A stretch of DNA of 64,000 nucleotides from a virus (IMGVR_UViG_2687453341_000003:43314-107313), one strand, 5' to 3'. Shown: positions 47,669 through 57,095, counted from the first letter of the stretch. Notes: a model not told the origin generated them from the sequence alone. Program-made: numbers and translations.

Positions 47669-48232
47669 CTATCTGGTGACCCAGAGATTTCCAATGGTGC
47701 CCGCTTTGATTTCTGCGTCCAACGCGGGCCCCATGAATGGACGAGGTTCATAACGAGCCATGTAATGGACCTTTTCAGCGTCCTTCCAACGTTCCCCTTT
47801 TCGATCACCGTACAGCCACACACCCGATATCGAACTGGTTCTCTCTCCTGTGAGCCTCGTTTTGGTGACCATCGAAGTACCGCCCTTTTCGAGCAGCTCG
47901 GGGACGGTCCTGCGGTTGGACCGCTTTAGCCTGGCACTCGGTACCACACGAGGACCGATGACAACGGATTCCCAATCCTTGCTGAGAAAGAACAGGATGT
48001 TGCGAAGGTTTGCGAACGAATCTCGCGAACGAACGCTCGGAGGTTCTCCCGGCTTCGAAACTCGCTTTCGGCGGCGAAGAATGGCCGTGCGTGCTCTCTG
48101 CCGAATGAACGCCCCGGCCTTCGACAACCGTTTATGATTCTCTGCCGTTATCGCGTTGATAACTCGAGCGCGATCGAAGAAGAGATCTTTCGCGCTCGCG
48201 TGGATATTGAACTCGGACGCTATCTTTGCCAT
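47669..48232 (-). CDS. HK97 gp10-like neck/tail completion protein
   Basis: Basic; LSKAGAFIR..AR, S.PG.PP, PRPFMGPAL. Confidence 0.6.
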   Translation of the reverse strand: MAKIASEFNIHASAKDLFFDRARVINAITAENHKRLSKAGAFIRQRARTAILRRRKRVSKPGEPPSVRSRDSFANLRNILFFLSKDWESVVIGPRVVPSARLKRSNRRTVPELLEKGGTSMVTKTRLTGERTSSISGVWLYGDRKGERWKDAEKVHYMARYEPRPFMGPALDAEIKAGTIGNLWVTR

Positions 48233-48235
48233 CGG

Positions 48236-48484
48236 TCAGGCGACCTTTCCACGTCTCTTCAGACGCTCGTATTCGTGTTCGATCGCAATGGACCCGTATT
48301 CACTGCGACGTTTCCGATACGGATTCAAATCAAACGGATGCACGGATTCCGTGCAATGAATGACCTGCAACATCGCGATCCGATCCCACGATTCTCTTTG
48401 ATACGCGAGGTACATCGTTCGCAACTCGCGAGCACTGTAAGGGCCGGGATCCACTTGAAGAATCCCAGACCATTCGAAAATCAT
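48236..48484 (-). CDS. Tail assembly chaperone C-terminal part (T-like)
   Basis: VDPGPYS.REL..M motif; in -1 frame relative to upstream gene, with ATGA overlap. Confidence 0.55.
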   Translation of the reverse strand: MIFEWSGILQVDPGPYSARELRTMYLAYQRESWDRIAMLQVIHCTESVHPFDLNPYRKRRSEYGSIAIEHEYERLKRRGKVA

Positions 48485-49023
48485 CTTCCAGCACTGTCTA
48501 GCAAGCTTCCGGGCTTTGCCTCGAGCGCGTCGAATTCGGCGTTCATTCGCTCGATCGCTTCGCGTTCCATTCTGCTGGCCAGTTTCTGCGTCCGCTGATC
48601 GGCGATCGCTGCGGCCTGTTCCATGATCCGATTCGCCGATTCCATTGCCCGCTCGGCCACGACGGCGTAATGCTTGTGGCCGAGACGGCGGAAAAAATCG
48701 GCAAAGGAGTACTCGATCGAGGACTGCATGGATGTAAACGAATGCTCTTCCTGCGTCAGCAGATCGGAGAATTGCTCGTAGCACATCCCTTTATGCTGCC
48801 ACTCATCTCGCATCATCTCGGCGACGAATTCGATCAGCGAGAGTGGTGATGAGAACAGCTTTTTAACCGTTTCGGGGTTTAGAACGTCGATTCCATCCCC
48901 TTTTAGACGTCGAGCTTTGGAAATGGTGATTCGGAAATCCCACTTTGATCCTGCAGCATCGGTCCAGGTAGTTGTTCGGAGAGAATCGGGTCGGGGTTCG
49001 ACGGTGTCAATTGATTGAGACAT
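48481..49023 (-). CDS. Tail assembly chaperone (G-like)
   Basis: W.D..G..W, helical, DFF motif; upstream of tape measure. Confidence 0.65.
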   Translation of the reverse strand: MSQSIDTVEPRPDSLRTTTWTDAAGSKWDFRITISKARRLKGDGIDVLNPETVKKLFSSPLSLIEFVAEMMRDEWQHKGMCYEQFSDLLTQEEHSFTSMQSSIEYSFADFFRRLGHKHYAVVAERAMESANRIMEQAAAIADQRTQKLASRMEREAIERMNAEFDALEAKPGSLLDSAGR

Positions 49024-49175
49024 GCTTCGGCAATCTTGTCGTGCACAGGTAACGCGACTTCGTCCCCGTAACCCTCATGGGCCTTGACCGTATTCCGAAT
49101 GGCGATCCCGTGATCGAGCTTTGGGTCGATGGTCTTTTCAATTGAACGGAGTTGGCCGAGGGTAACGGTTTGCAT
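48903..49175 (-). CDS. Hypothetical protein
   Basis: First ORF of minus-strand tail operon; overlaps next gene by ~120 nt. Confidence 0.35.
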   Translation of the reverse strand: MQTVTLGQLRSIEKTIDPKLDHGIAIRNTVKAHEGYGDEVALPVHDKIAEACLNQLTPSNPDPILSEQLPGPMLQDQSGISESPFPKLDV

Positions 49176-49497
49176 GATGTCGCCATGTGCGAAGTGGATG
49201 GATCTCTAAGAATAAATTCGCAAGGTTGAGCCGAAGGCATCCAACCTCGCGAATACACCACGTTGGACGAACGTGGCCAACAACGGAGGAGTCATGCCTA
49301 GACCATCTCACGAATCGCATGTGGTGTCCCCTCGGGCTGAAGACTCCGTCGTTAGAAAGTAACTCCGCAGTGCGCACCGCGATGATGCGCCGATATGGTC
49401 CGCTGCTAGGATGGGACCCGTCACGCGGGCGGAAAAGCATGATGCAGCGAATGGATTCGCTCCGCCCGCGTTCTTCAAACTCGATAGGGCACACAGG

Positions 49498-49926
49498 ATG
49501 GATGCGAAATCGGCTTTCTGGGCAGCAATCAACTACCTGGCGAAGAACCGCTTTGATCGCGAACAGCTACCACCTGGCGAAGCCGAAGTCGAGCTCACCG
49601 TATCGGGCACAGTTCGAGCAAAGGGACTTCGCAAGAAGGCCATCTCAGAATCCTTCGTTGGAAAGCTGAACATCGCGGAGGATCAAACCTCCGCATGCTC
49701 CAGTGCTCCTAACGCGGCCCATCTGATCGCGTTATTGCTCGCCGATCATCCCAATGCTGAGCGAGCATTGCAAAACGTCGAGGCCTACTTCGCACAGCAC
49801 AAAGCCCTCAAGGCTGTTGGGGCGGAAAAGATCGCGGCTATCGACCTGGTGCTAAAGCGTCTACGCCAGGTCGCAAATGTTACTAAGTCTGGATCCATCA
49901 CCTTTAAGGTTCTAACCAATGAATGA
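49498..49926 (+). CDS. Hypothetical protein
   Basis: First ORF of plus-strand lysis/terminase operon; overlaps next gene. Confidence 0.6.
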   Translation: MDAKSAFWAAINYLAKNRFDREQLPPGEAEVELTVSGTVRAKGLRKKAISESFVGKLNIAEDQTSACSSAPNAAHLIALLLADHPNAERALQNVEAYFAQHKALKAVGAEKIAAIDLVLKRLRQVANVTKSGSITFKVLTNE

Positions 49927-50167
49927 TGCCATCGCTTCCATTCTCAAATCTCGTCGCGCTTGGGCTCTCATTGTCGGGGTTCTCGTCGTGGTCTTCCAAT
50001 CCAAAACAGGGATGACGCCTGACCAGGTCCAAGCGATCTGGCAAACGATGTTGGCCTACGCAGGGATCGAGACCATTCGGTCCTCGAAAGACGGATCTCT
50101 TCCGATTCTTGAACTGCTCCGGTCACTCTTGGATTCGAAAAAGCCGGATCCTCCAGCACTGAGTTAA
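49919..50167 (+). CDS. Putative holin
   Basis: LKSRRAWALIVGVLVVVF plus second hydrophobic segment, 82 aa. Confidence 0.55.
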   Translation: MNDAIASILKSRRAWALIVGVLVVVFQSKTGMTPDQVQAIWQTMLAYAGIETIRSSKDGSLPILELLRSLLDSKKPDPPALS

Positions 50168-50215
50168 GCAACTCAGCCCGAACAATTTCATCTTCGTTCC
50201 GAGCGGATCACCACG

Positions 50216-50533
50216 ATGGCCACCCTACGACGACTGCAAAAAATCCGCCTGCGACATATTGCACGCGAGAAGTGGAATCGCCATTGCGAGTCTGCCAGAG
50301 TTCCATCCGCTGCTGAATTCGAAGGAGAGTTTGGAACCGAAACCCAGCATCCTCTCATCGTCGCCGTGAAGAAGGATCCAAGAGTCGCTGGGATGGATGT
50401 CGAGACGATCTTGTTAATGCTTCAGCTCGCATGGTTGCTTTACCAAGTATGGTCACGGTGGAAGCAACCCGAACCATCCACCGTGATCGATGCGGAGGAA
50501 TGGCGAGTCATGGGAGAATCGATCGATGACTAA
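50216..50533 (+). CDS. Hypothetical protein with hydrophobic C-terminal helix
   Basis: GMDVETILLMLQLAWLLYQVW. Confidence 0.5.
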   Translation: MATLRRLQKIRLRHIAREKWNRHCESARVPSAAEFEGEFGTETQHPLIVAVKKDPRVAGMDVETILLMLQLAWLLYQVWSRWKQPEPSTVIDAEEWRVMGESIDD

Positions 50534-50948
50534 AGCATCACAGCCGGTCTCTCCCATCGCGATCATTGTCCCGATTGCGATCGCAATCCTTTTTTTGCGC
50601 TCGCTACCCGAATCGTCCGCCCCAGGACCTCTCCCCACTCCCGACAACGTACCGATCGCCAAGACGATTGAGGACGAAACCGTGGAGATGATGCGTCGAA
50701 CGAGCGAGGGCTATCGCCGGGTGTTCGCCGATGCGGCCGTAGAGATTGGAACCGCGATCAAAACGGAAGAGCAGCTGCTCCGTTTCCTCGCCGAAAAAAC
50801 CAAAGCGGTTCGAGAGGAGGCCAAGAGTGGCTTCGACAATGCGTTTGAAAAGGCAATGCCTTTTCAAGGTGAAATCCCGGAAGAGAAGTACGACCAGGCT
50901 CGTGCTGTACTCGAGCGCGTTTCCAAAGCCTTCCCGAGGATCAAATAA
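50526..50948 (+). CDS. Membrane-anchored helical protein (i-spanin-like topology)
   Basis: N-terminal TM, Pro-rich linker, helical C-terminus. Confidence 0.45.
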   Translation: MTKASQPVSPIAIIVPIAIAILFLRSLPESSAPGPLPTPDNVPIAKTIEDETVEMMRRTSEGYRRVFADAAVEIGTAIKTEEQLLRFLAEKTKAVREEAKSGFDNAFEKAMPFQGEIPEEKYDQARAVLERVSKAFPRIK

Positions 50949-50950
50949 TC

Positions 50951-51775
50951 ATGACCGTATTCACCGGCTATGCGATCCAGCGCGAGAGACGTGAGGAAAT
51001 CCGATCGACGGCGATCAACCTGCCGTTCACCGTCCGTGATTACACTCCGCCCGAGGAAATCGACCCGCGTCAACTGGTACGACACGATCTGCAGGGCAAC
51101 ATGGGATCGTGTGGCGGATTCGGTAGCACGAATTGCGGGGAACGCCTGTTCATCTACGCAATGGGTGAAAGCAAGTACTCGGCCGAGCGACAATTTTCGC
51201 CGTTGTTCCAATACCTCGAAGCTCAACGCTTCGATGATCTCATTGGTCGAGACGATGGATCCACAATCGCGGGACATCTCCGAGCAGCTCGCGAGGTAGG
51301 CTACTGCCCCCTCCGGCTTTGCCCTTACGTCACCCCGTATCCGCGTAACGCCAGGTCCTTAATAACGGCGGAGATGCGAAAGGCTGCGGAGCCATACCGG
51401 ATTCAGTCTCACACCTGGTGTGAGTCCTACGACGATTGCTTCAACTACCTCGCATCGCGAGTCGGAACTCTGTTGTTCGGTACCTCTTGGAACGACTCGT
51501 TCTACGCGCCCAATGGACAACTCGAGCGCGTGCGTTTCACTCGCTTCGACGGTGGCCACGCATACGCAGTGCTCGGTTACTCCAAGCGAAAAGACTCGCG
51601 TGGCAGGAACTATCTCTGGCGACTCAATTCGCACCAGGACTCCTACACGGAGATATCACCTGCTGCCATCGATCAAATGTGCGCTCACCCCTACACCGCA
51701 ATCGTAGGTATGAGCGATCTCTCAACCCCACGACCTCGTAACGTCGATTTCTCGAAAGAAAGTGTGATTGGATGA
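50951..51775 (+). CDS. Papain-like C1 cysteine peptidase
   Basis: QGNMGSCGGF (Gln/Cys), FSP.F.Y, D.GSTI, GGHAY (His), LNSH (Asn). Confidence 0.8.
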   Translation: MTVFTGYAIQRERREEIRSTAINLPFTVRDYTPPEEIDPRQLVRHDLQGNMGSCGGFGSTNCGERLFIYAMGESKYSAERQFSPLFQYLEAQRFDDLIGRDDGSTIAGHLRAAREVGYCPLRLCPYVTPYPRNARSLITAEMRKAAEPYRIQSHTWCESYDDCFNYLASRVGTLLFGTSWNDSFYAPNGQLERVRFTRFDGGHAYAVLGYSKRKDSRGRNYLWRLNSHQDSYTEISPAAIDQMCAHPYTAIVGMSDLSTPRPRNVDFSKESVIG

Positions 51776-52452
51776 AAACCAAACGAATGGGATGTAGCTC
51801 GGTACTTCTTGTCTTCGCATGCTTGGCACTGGGAATGTTTCTCGGCTGCCAGACCACCGCAGATTATCCGCGAGCTCCGGAGCCACCCCCAAGTCTCCCG
51901 GCTTCAGCAAAACAAGTCAGCTTCGATGTGCGACATATGACTTTCTCCCCGCTTAGCGAGGATGGCTCGATCGACATGTCACTTGTCACTGAAGCTCGCC
52001 TCGAGAAACCGCCCTCGTCGCCGGAACCCTCCCCATCACCAGATGGGAGCGGCAGTAAAAGCCCCCAGTCTGCATTCGACGAGCGCATTGATGCACTGGA
52101 GCAACAAAGCGTTGAAACCGATGGACGCCTCGACGATCTCGAGGCACGCGTCGATCATCTCGAACGGCCGTCGGCGAATAAGACGATCGATCCGGAGGCT
52201 AACTTGGTTCCGTCGGTACCGAAATGGTCCGCTGTCGGAACGGGCACGAAAACGTATCAATCGCCAAAGGTGTGCCCACCGGAGGGCTGCCCGGTTCCTG
52301 GCCCATCAACGTCGGTTTCAACCTCACTCGAGAGAGTTCTCGAGACGAGGCCGGTAAAGTCGCCACGCGTGCAGTACTCCCAATGTCCCCCCGGTGGCTG
52401 CCCGCCCAAACAATCGACGGTGAAACGGTCTCGCTTCCTGCGTTGGAAGTGA
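51772..52452 (+). CDS. Putative lipoprotein with Pro-rich linkers and CPPxGCP motifs
   Basis: Signal with lipobox-like FLGC; coiled coil; CPPEGCP and CPPGGCP. Confidence 0.6.
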   Translation: MKTKRMGCSSVLLVFACLALGMFLGCQTTADYPRAPEPPPSLPASAKQVSFDVRHMTFSPLSEDGSIDMSLVTEARLEKPPSSPEPSPSPDGSGSKSPQSAFDERIDALEQQSVETDGRLDDLEARVDHLERPSANKTIDPEANLVPSVPKWSAVGTGTKTYQSPKVCPPEGCPVPGPSTSVSTSLERVLETRPVKSPRVQYSQCPPGGCPPKQSTVKRSRFLRWK

Positions 52453-52474
52453 TTCGTTTCGTCTTGAATGCCCG

Positions 52475-52795
52475 ATGTCCACGCCTCCCAAGGTCCACGC
52501 CATGGATTCTGCAATGAACTATCTCAACAACGGCTTAGCAGTCGTTGTCCTCATCGCCATCGGCGTGGGAGCTTGGAAACTCGCCCACGTAGCGGGAGGC
52601 GCCATTTCGAATGGCTGCCGCAAAACCTTCGATGAGTTGATTCTGCCCCTGAAGGATTCCGCCATCAACCACTTGAAGCGAACCGATCAGACTTTGACTT
52701 CCGTTCAGGAAACCAATCAGGAGGTTTGTCAAAACCTTCGCGATATTCGTTCGATGGTGGGAGAAATCCACGAACGCGTTTGCTCCGAGAACTGA
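52475..52795 (+). CDS. Membrane protein with coiled coil (holin/antiholin-like)
   Basis: GLAVVVLIAIGVGAW TM then coiled coil. Confidence 0.5.
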   Translation: MSTPPKVHAMDSAMNYLNNGLAVVVLIAIGVGAWKLAHVAGGAISNGCRKTFDELILPLKDSAINHLKRTDQTLTSVQETNQEVCQNLRDIRSMVGEIHERVCSEN

Positions 52796-52807
52796 TCCCG
52801 CAACAGC

Positions 52808-55027
52808 ATGGTCGCCTCTGATGATGACTCGCCTGGCGATCGGTACCGACGCCGGAAGGAGCGGGAACGACAACGCCAGGCGGATCAGTCCCGCGAGGGT
52901 CGCGATATTGGCCCCATCCCGAAGGTAAAGGATGCGAAGCTCCGGGAACGGTGCATCAAGTCGTTTCGAGCGTTCTGCGAAGTTTGCTTTCCTGCCAAAT
53001 TCAAAATCGACTGGTCTCCGGATCACATCGAGGTTCTCGCCCGGATCCAGGCCTGTATCGTCGACGGCCAGCTCTACACGTTGGCCATGCCGCGTGGATC
53101 CGGGAAAACGACCATTGTTCAGGTCGCATGCCTCTGGGCGATTCTCACCGGCCGTCGAAAGTACGTCGCACTCATCGGCGCCGATCGCGACGCGGCAATC
53201 AAGCTCTTGGTGGCCCTCAAAGCCGAACTGGAATCTAACGACCGGCTGCTCGAACTCTTCCCAGAAGCGGTGTTTCCGATCCGAGCCCTACAGGGACGCG
53301 GGAACAAGGCGATTGGCCAACTTCACCTCGGCAAACGCACACACATCGAGTGGAAGGGGCCTCGGATCGTTTTCCCGACCGTTCGGGCCAAAGTAGACGA
53401 GGACGCGGGAAAAGGCCCAAAACGGCCCTCAGCCGCGAAGCGAAAGAGCACCAAAGAACCCCCTGTGGCTGAAACGGAGGTCGATCGCGAGGAAAATGGA
53501 GTCGATCGCGCAAACCTCACCCCATGCTCGGGTGCGGTAATCGAATGCTGCGGGATCCTCGGGAGAGTCCGGGGAATGAACCACACGACGCCTGCCGGAG
53601 AGCAAATTCGGCCCGACCTATTCGTGCTGGACGATCCCCAGACGGACCGTTCGGCCGTCTCGACGAGTCAGGTCAACCGAAGGCTTTCCATCATCACCGG
53701 TGCAGTACTCGGTTTGGCGGGGCCCGATGTCGCGATCGCAGGGTTCGCAACGGTAACCGTGATCGCCAAGGATGATGTCGCGGATCAATTGCTCGACCGC
53801 GAGAAGTTTCCCGATTGGCAAGGAAAACGCTACCAGCTGGTATACAAGTGGCCAGACCGTATGGACCTATGGGAACAGTACGCTGTTCTCCGGGCCGAAG
53901 GCCTCCGGACCGAAGGTTCGTTTGCCGCAGCGACCGAATGGTATCTGCAGAATCGCGACGAGATGGATCGTGGTTCCAAAGTCTCTTGGGACGGACGGTA
54001 CAAGCCTGGCGAGATATCCGCCCTCCAATCCGCGTTCAATCAGAAGCTCCGATCCCCAGCGACGTTCGACGCAGAGTTTCAGAACAGTCCGCAGGATCAA
54101 ACAATCGATGTCGAAATGATTTCGATCGAATCGATCGAATCGAAGATTTCGAACTATGCCCGCAGCGAGCTCCCGATCGAAGCGAATCTCATCACCGCCT
54201 TTATCGATGTTCAGGGCCAACTTCTGTATTACATCGTCGTGGGATGGGAGAAAGATACTTACTCCGGATGGGTACTGGAGTATGGCACCTGGCCGGAACA
54301 AGTCGCGAAACATTTTTCCCTTCGAAACGCACAATCCACGCTCACTCGAAAGTATCCTCGCCGTGGGCTAGAAGGGCGTTTGACGGCTGGCCTGAATGAT
54401 TTGATCAACTACTTGGCGGAATGCCGTTACTCGGTACCGTCCCAACAGTCCGACCCTCGCACCGCGTCAATCGAGTTGATCGGAATCGACCAGGCCTGGG
54501 GACCGTCGACCAAAACGGTGAGGGCTATCTGTGCTGGCCATCCTAAAAGGCAATTGCTGCTCCCATGCCAGGGTAAGGCCTTCGACGTCGGGGCGAGGAA
54601 CCTCAACGAGTGGGCCATCAAACCGGGTGAGCTTCGAGGTGACAATTGGATCGTGAAACACAGCACCGACGGTGGTCGCCATTGCCTCGCGGATAGTAAT
54701 GCGTTTAAATCATTCGTGAATGCACGGCTAAACGTCGCGACGGGTGACCCTGGGTCGCTCTCTCTCTATCGTCCACGTTTGGCCACCGAACATCGATTGA
54801 TCGCGGAACACTGGCGAGCGGAAAAACCGCAAACCCGATCCGACGGGGATCGAAGTATTGAGAAGTGGGTATTGCCTCCAGCCAAACCAGACAACCACTG
54901 GTGGGACGGGCTTTATTGGAGTGCAGTACTCGCGAGCATTCGCGGTGCACGACTTGGTTCGATCATCAAGTTGGAACCGAAACGCGTGAAGAAGCCAAAG
55001 CGAAGGCCAACAAAACTCATCGCATAG
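52808..55027 (+). CDS. Terminase large subunit (GpA-like nuclease domain)
   Basis: AMPRGSGKTT, RPDLFVLDDPQ, F.AEFQN.P, FIDVQ, DNHWWDG. Confidence 0.88.
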   Translation: MVASDDDSPGDRYRRRKERERQRQADQSREGRDIGPIPKVKDAKLRERCIKSFRAFCEVCFPAKFKIDWSPDHIEVLARIQACIVDGQLYTLAMPRGSGKTTIVQVACLWAILTGRRKYVALIGADRDAAIKLLVALKAELESNDRLLELFPEAVFPIRALQGRGNKAIGQLHLGKRTHIEWKGPRIVFPTVRAKVDEDAGKGPKRPSAAKRKSTKEPPVAETEVDREENGVDRANLTPCSGAVIECCGILGRVRGMNHTTPAGEQIRPDLFVLDDPQTDRSAVSTSQVNRRLSIITGAVLGLAGPDVAIAGFATVTVIAKDDVADQLLDREKFPDWQGKRYQLVYKWPDRMDLWEQYAVLRAEGLRTEGSFAAATEWYLQNRDEMDRGSKVSWDGRYKPGEISALQSAFNQKLRSPATFDAEFQNSPQDQTIDVEMISIESIESKISNYARSELPIEANLITAFIDVQGQLLYYIVVGWEKDTYSGWVLEYGTWPEQVAKHFSLRNAQSTLTRKYPRRGLEGRLTAGLNDLINYLAECRYSVPSQQSDPRTASIELIGIDQAWGPSTKTVRAICAGHPKRQLLLPCQGKAFDVGARNLNEWAIKPGELRGDNWIVKHSTDGGRHCLADSNAFKSFVNARLNVATGDPGSLSLYRPRLATEHRLIAEHWRAEKPQTRSDGDRSIEKWVLPPAKPDNHWWDGLYWSAVLASIRGARLGSIIKLEPKRVKKPKRRPTKLIA

Positions 55028-55037
55028 GAGAGAGGCG

Positions 55038-55286
55038 ATGCCAGCCAAACCAATCAGGGCAGGAAAAGCGACAGGCCAACCAACGCGGCGGAGGCAATCC
55101 GTCATCCGCTCGATTCTCACCTCCCTAGATCGCTCGCTTCCCGACTACTCCGGCGAGCATCTCGAAAAGCCAGTTCTGACAACGATCGATAGGATCGAGC
55201 TCAACCGGGGTCTGATTACCGGGGAGTATGTCGCGATGAATCGAAATCTGCTCCGTGCCATCATCGACTCCTTGGAGGCCAAATGA
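55038..55286 (+). CDS. Hypothetical protein
   Basis: RBS GGAGAG, coupled to next ORF. Confidence 0.5.
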   Translation: MPAKPIRAGKATGQPTRRRQSVIRSILTSLDRSLPDYSGEHLEKPVLTTIDRIELNRGLITGEYVAMNRNLLRAIIDSLEAK

Positions 55287-55552
55287 ATCGCACACGCGCG
55301 CGTCTCAACAAAGTTGGCTCGGCATGTTCCGTTCTGTTCGTTCGGGTCACTCCCGGCGAGCTCGCCGAGATGCACGATTCTGCCAAAGAGCAGAATCGGT
55401 CCCTGAACTCCTATGCGCGCTCGAGGCTAGGATTGCCCGATCGGCGTGGGTATCGCTATCGCAATGGAGCAACGAATGCCACGCAAGAAAGCGCGAAAGA
55501 CCGCACGCCCAACGATCAAGAGCCGTCGGGGAATCCCCAATCGGAAGTATGA
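55283..55552 (+). CDS. Ribbon-helix-helix-like DNA-binding protein
   Basis: LFVRVTP.E...AKEQNRSLNSYAR. Confidence 0.5.
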   Translation: MNRTRARLNKVGSACSVLFVRVTPGELAEMHDSAKEQNRSLNSYARSRLGLPDRRGYRYRNGATNATQESAKDRTPNDQEPSGNPQSEV

Positions 55553-55745
55553 AGAATGTGCGGTGAGGGGATCGCGTTGCCCTCGCTGCTGTAGTTCTCT
55601 CCGGACAAAGTACTACCGAAAGCACGTATTCGCCTACGAAGGCGTTTCCAAGGACGGGGACCGCTTCAATCGGGTCGTGTTGAGGTACTGCACCTGCACC
55701 AAATGCCAAACCCCTCGTTGCGATCGCAGTTACGAGTTGGTTTGA
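55476..55745 (+). CDS. Zn-ribbon protein (Ogr/Delta-like)
   Basis: CPRC...CTKC. Confidence 0.55.
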   Translation: MPRKKARKTARPTIKSRRGIPNRKYEECAVRGSRCPRCCSSLRTKYYRKHVFAYEGVSKDGDRFNRVVLRYCTCTKCQTPRCDRSYELV

Positions 55746-55981
55746 GCTTCTAAAATTGCCAATCGCTAATTGGCACCAAAAAAACTTGGGAATTCGTGTC
55801 CCATTGTAAAAAATCGAACGGGCCTCGCGTTCTTAATGGTAGGCAGATTCACCCATTTTGAGAATCACACAACCGTGTGTTACGTTCGGGTGATCGGATA
55901 TTTAGAAACACGAAAGCCGCCCCCCATGTCTCAACGCTGCTATGTTCGGACATGGGGAGACGGCCTCCTGGGAGTCTCAGT

Positions 55982-56173
55982 ATGAACGACGGAAATAGAC
56001 ATTGGCAAGACTGGGCTATCGAGTTGATTAAGCTTGCAAGCAGCGTGTTGATCGTGATCGGTGCTTGGATGAAAAACAAAGAACGATGGTACGGGCCTCA
56101 ACAAACGTCCCAAACGAAGCCTGCTAGGTCCAAGCCAAAGGAACGGAATAAGACTCGCGCGCGTGCTCGATGA
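55982..56173 (+). CDS. Small membrane protein
   Basis: Single hydrophobic helix and basic tail. Confidence 0.4.
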   Translation: MNDGNRHWQDWAIELIKLASSVLIVIGAWMKNKERWYGPQQTSQTKPARSKPKERNKTRARAR

Positions 56174-56268
56174 AAGTAGGTCGAAGTGGTCTTGCTGTGG
56201 AAATCTCGCATCAGAGATACACACGCCCCCATTGATGCACAGCTTGACTCCTAACGAAAGTTCTGACC

Positions 56269-56970
56269 ATGCCCCGAACCGCAAGCAAGGTTTCCCCCTG
56301 CGCGAACACTGCCTGGCGTCCCGCAGCTCGCCCGCCCCTCCCGCTCAAGCCCTACTACAGCAAGGAGGGTATCACGCTCTACCACGCGGACAATCGCCAC
56401 ATCCTCCCGTACCTCGACACGTTCGATTTGCTTCTCACGGATCCGCCGTATGGGATCAAAGCGGACCGATGTGGCGGACGTCAACAAGCGAAGAAAGGAA
56501 AGGGGACGTGGCGTGACTATGGAGACACCAACTGGGACGAATCCCGCCCACCGGCATCGGTCTTTGCGTTGATGCTCGAGCGCACCAAGCAACAGATCAT
56601 TTGGGGCGGAAACTACTTTTCCGATTACCTCACGCCCTCCATGCGATGGTTGGTATGGGACAAGGGCCAGCGCAAGTTCTCGCTCGCAGATTGTGAGTTC
56701 GCCTGGACCAATCAACGAAAGGCGGCTCGAATTTTCACGTACTCGCGCTCGAAAGCCCTACAGGATGGAAAGGTTCACCCGACCCAGAAGCCACTTGCAT
56801 TGATGGAGTGGTGCCTCGGGTTTGCGAAAGATGCCCGCACGGTCTTGGATCCATTCGCTGGATCCGGAACGTCGTTGCTTGCGTGCAAACGGTTAGGCAT
56901 GACGGCCGTTGGAATTGAAATCAACGAAGCCTACTGCGAAGAAGCAGCAAAGCGATTGGAGGCGAGCTAA
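56269..56970 (+). CDS. Orphan N4/N6 DNA methyltransferase (beta class)
   Basis: LTDPPYG, HPTQKP, VLDPFAGSGTS. Confidence 0.92.
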   Translation: MPRTASKVSPCANTAWRPAARPPLPLKPYYSKEGITLYHADNRHILPYLDTFDLLLTDPPYGIKADRCGGRQQAKKGKGTWRDYGDTNWDESRPPASVFALMLERTKQQIIWGGNYFSDYLTPSMRWLVWDKGQRKFSLADCEFAWTNQRKAARIFTYSRSKALQDGKVHPTQKPLALMEWCLGFAKDARTVLDPFAGSGTSLLACKRLGMTAVGIEINEAYCEEAAKRLEAS

Positions 56971-56971
56971 C

Positions 56972-57022
56972 AAAAAAACCGGGCCGAGTACTGGTTTAAC
57001 CCAGAGCGCGAACTCGGACCGG
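56972..57022 (-). terminator. Terminator-like hairpin at convergence of late and early operons
   Basis: CCGG-TCCGAGT...ACTCGG-CCCGG-TTTTTTT on minus strand. Confidence 0.55.
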
Positions 57023-57095
57023 CCCCAATTCCCTAATCTTTCGATCAGGAGTCTGGGACGGAGCTTACCTGCGAATTAGCTCCCGCGTCAAGTCG

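Noticed and set aside
42334-49400. Invertase-driven invertible segment explaining the minus-strand tail block
   Set aside because: No flanking inverted repeats or invertase found by eye; kept only as a gene-order observation
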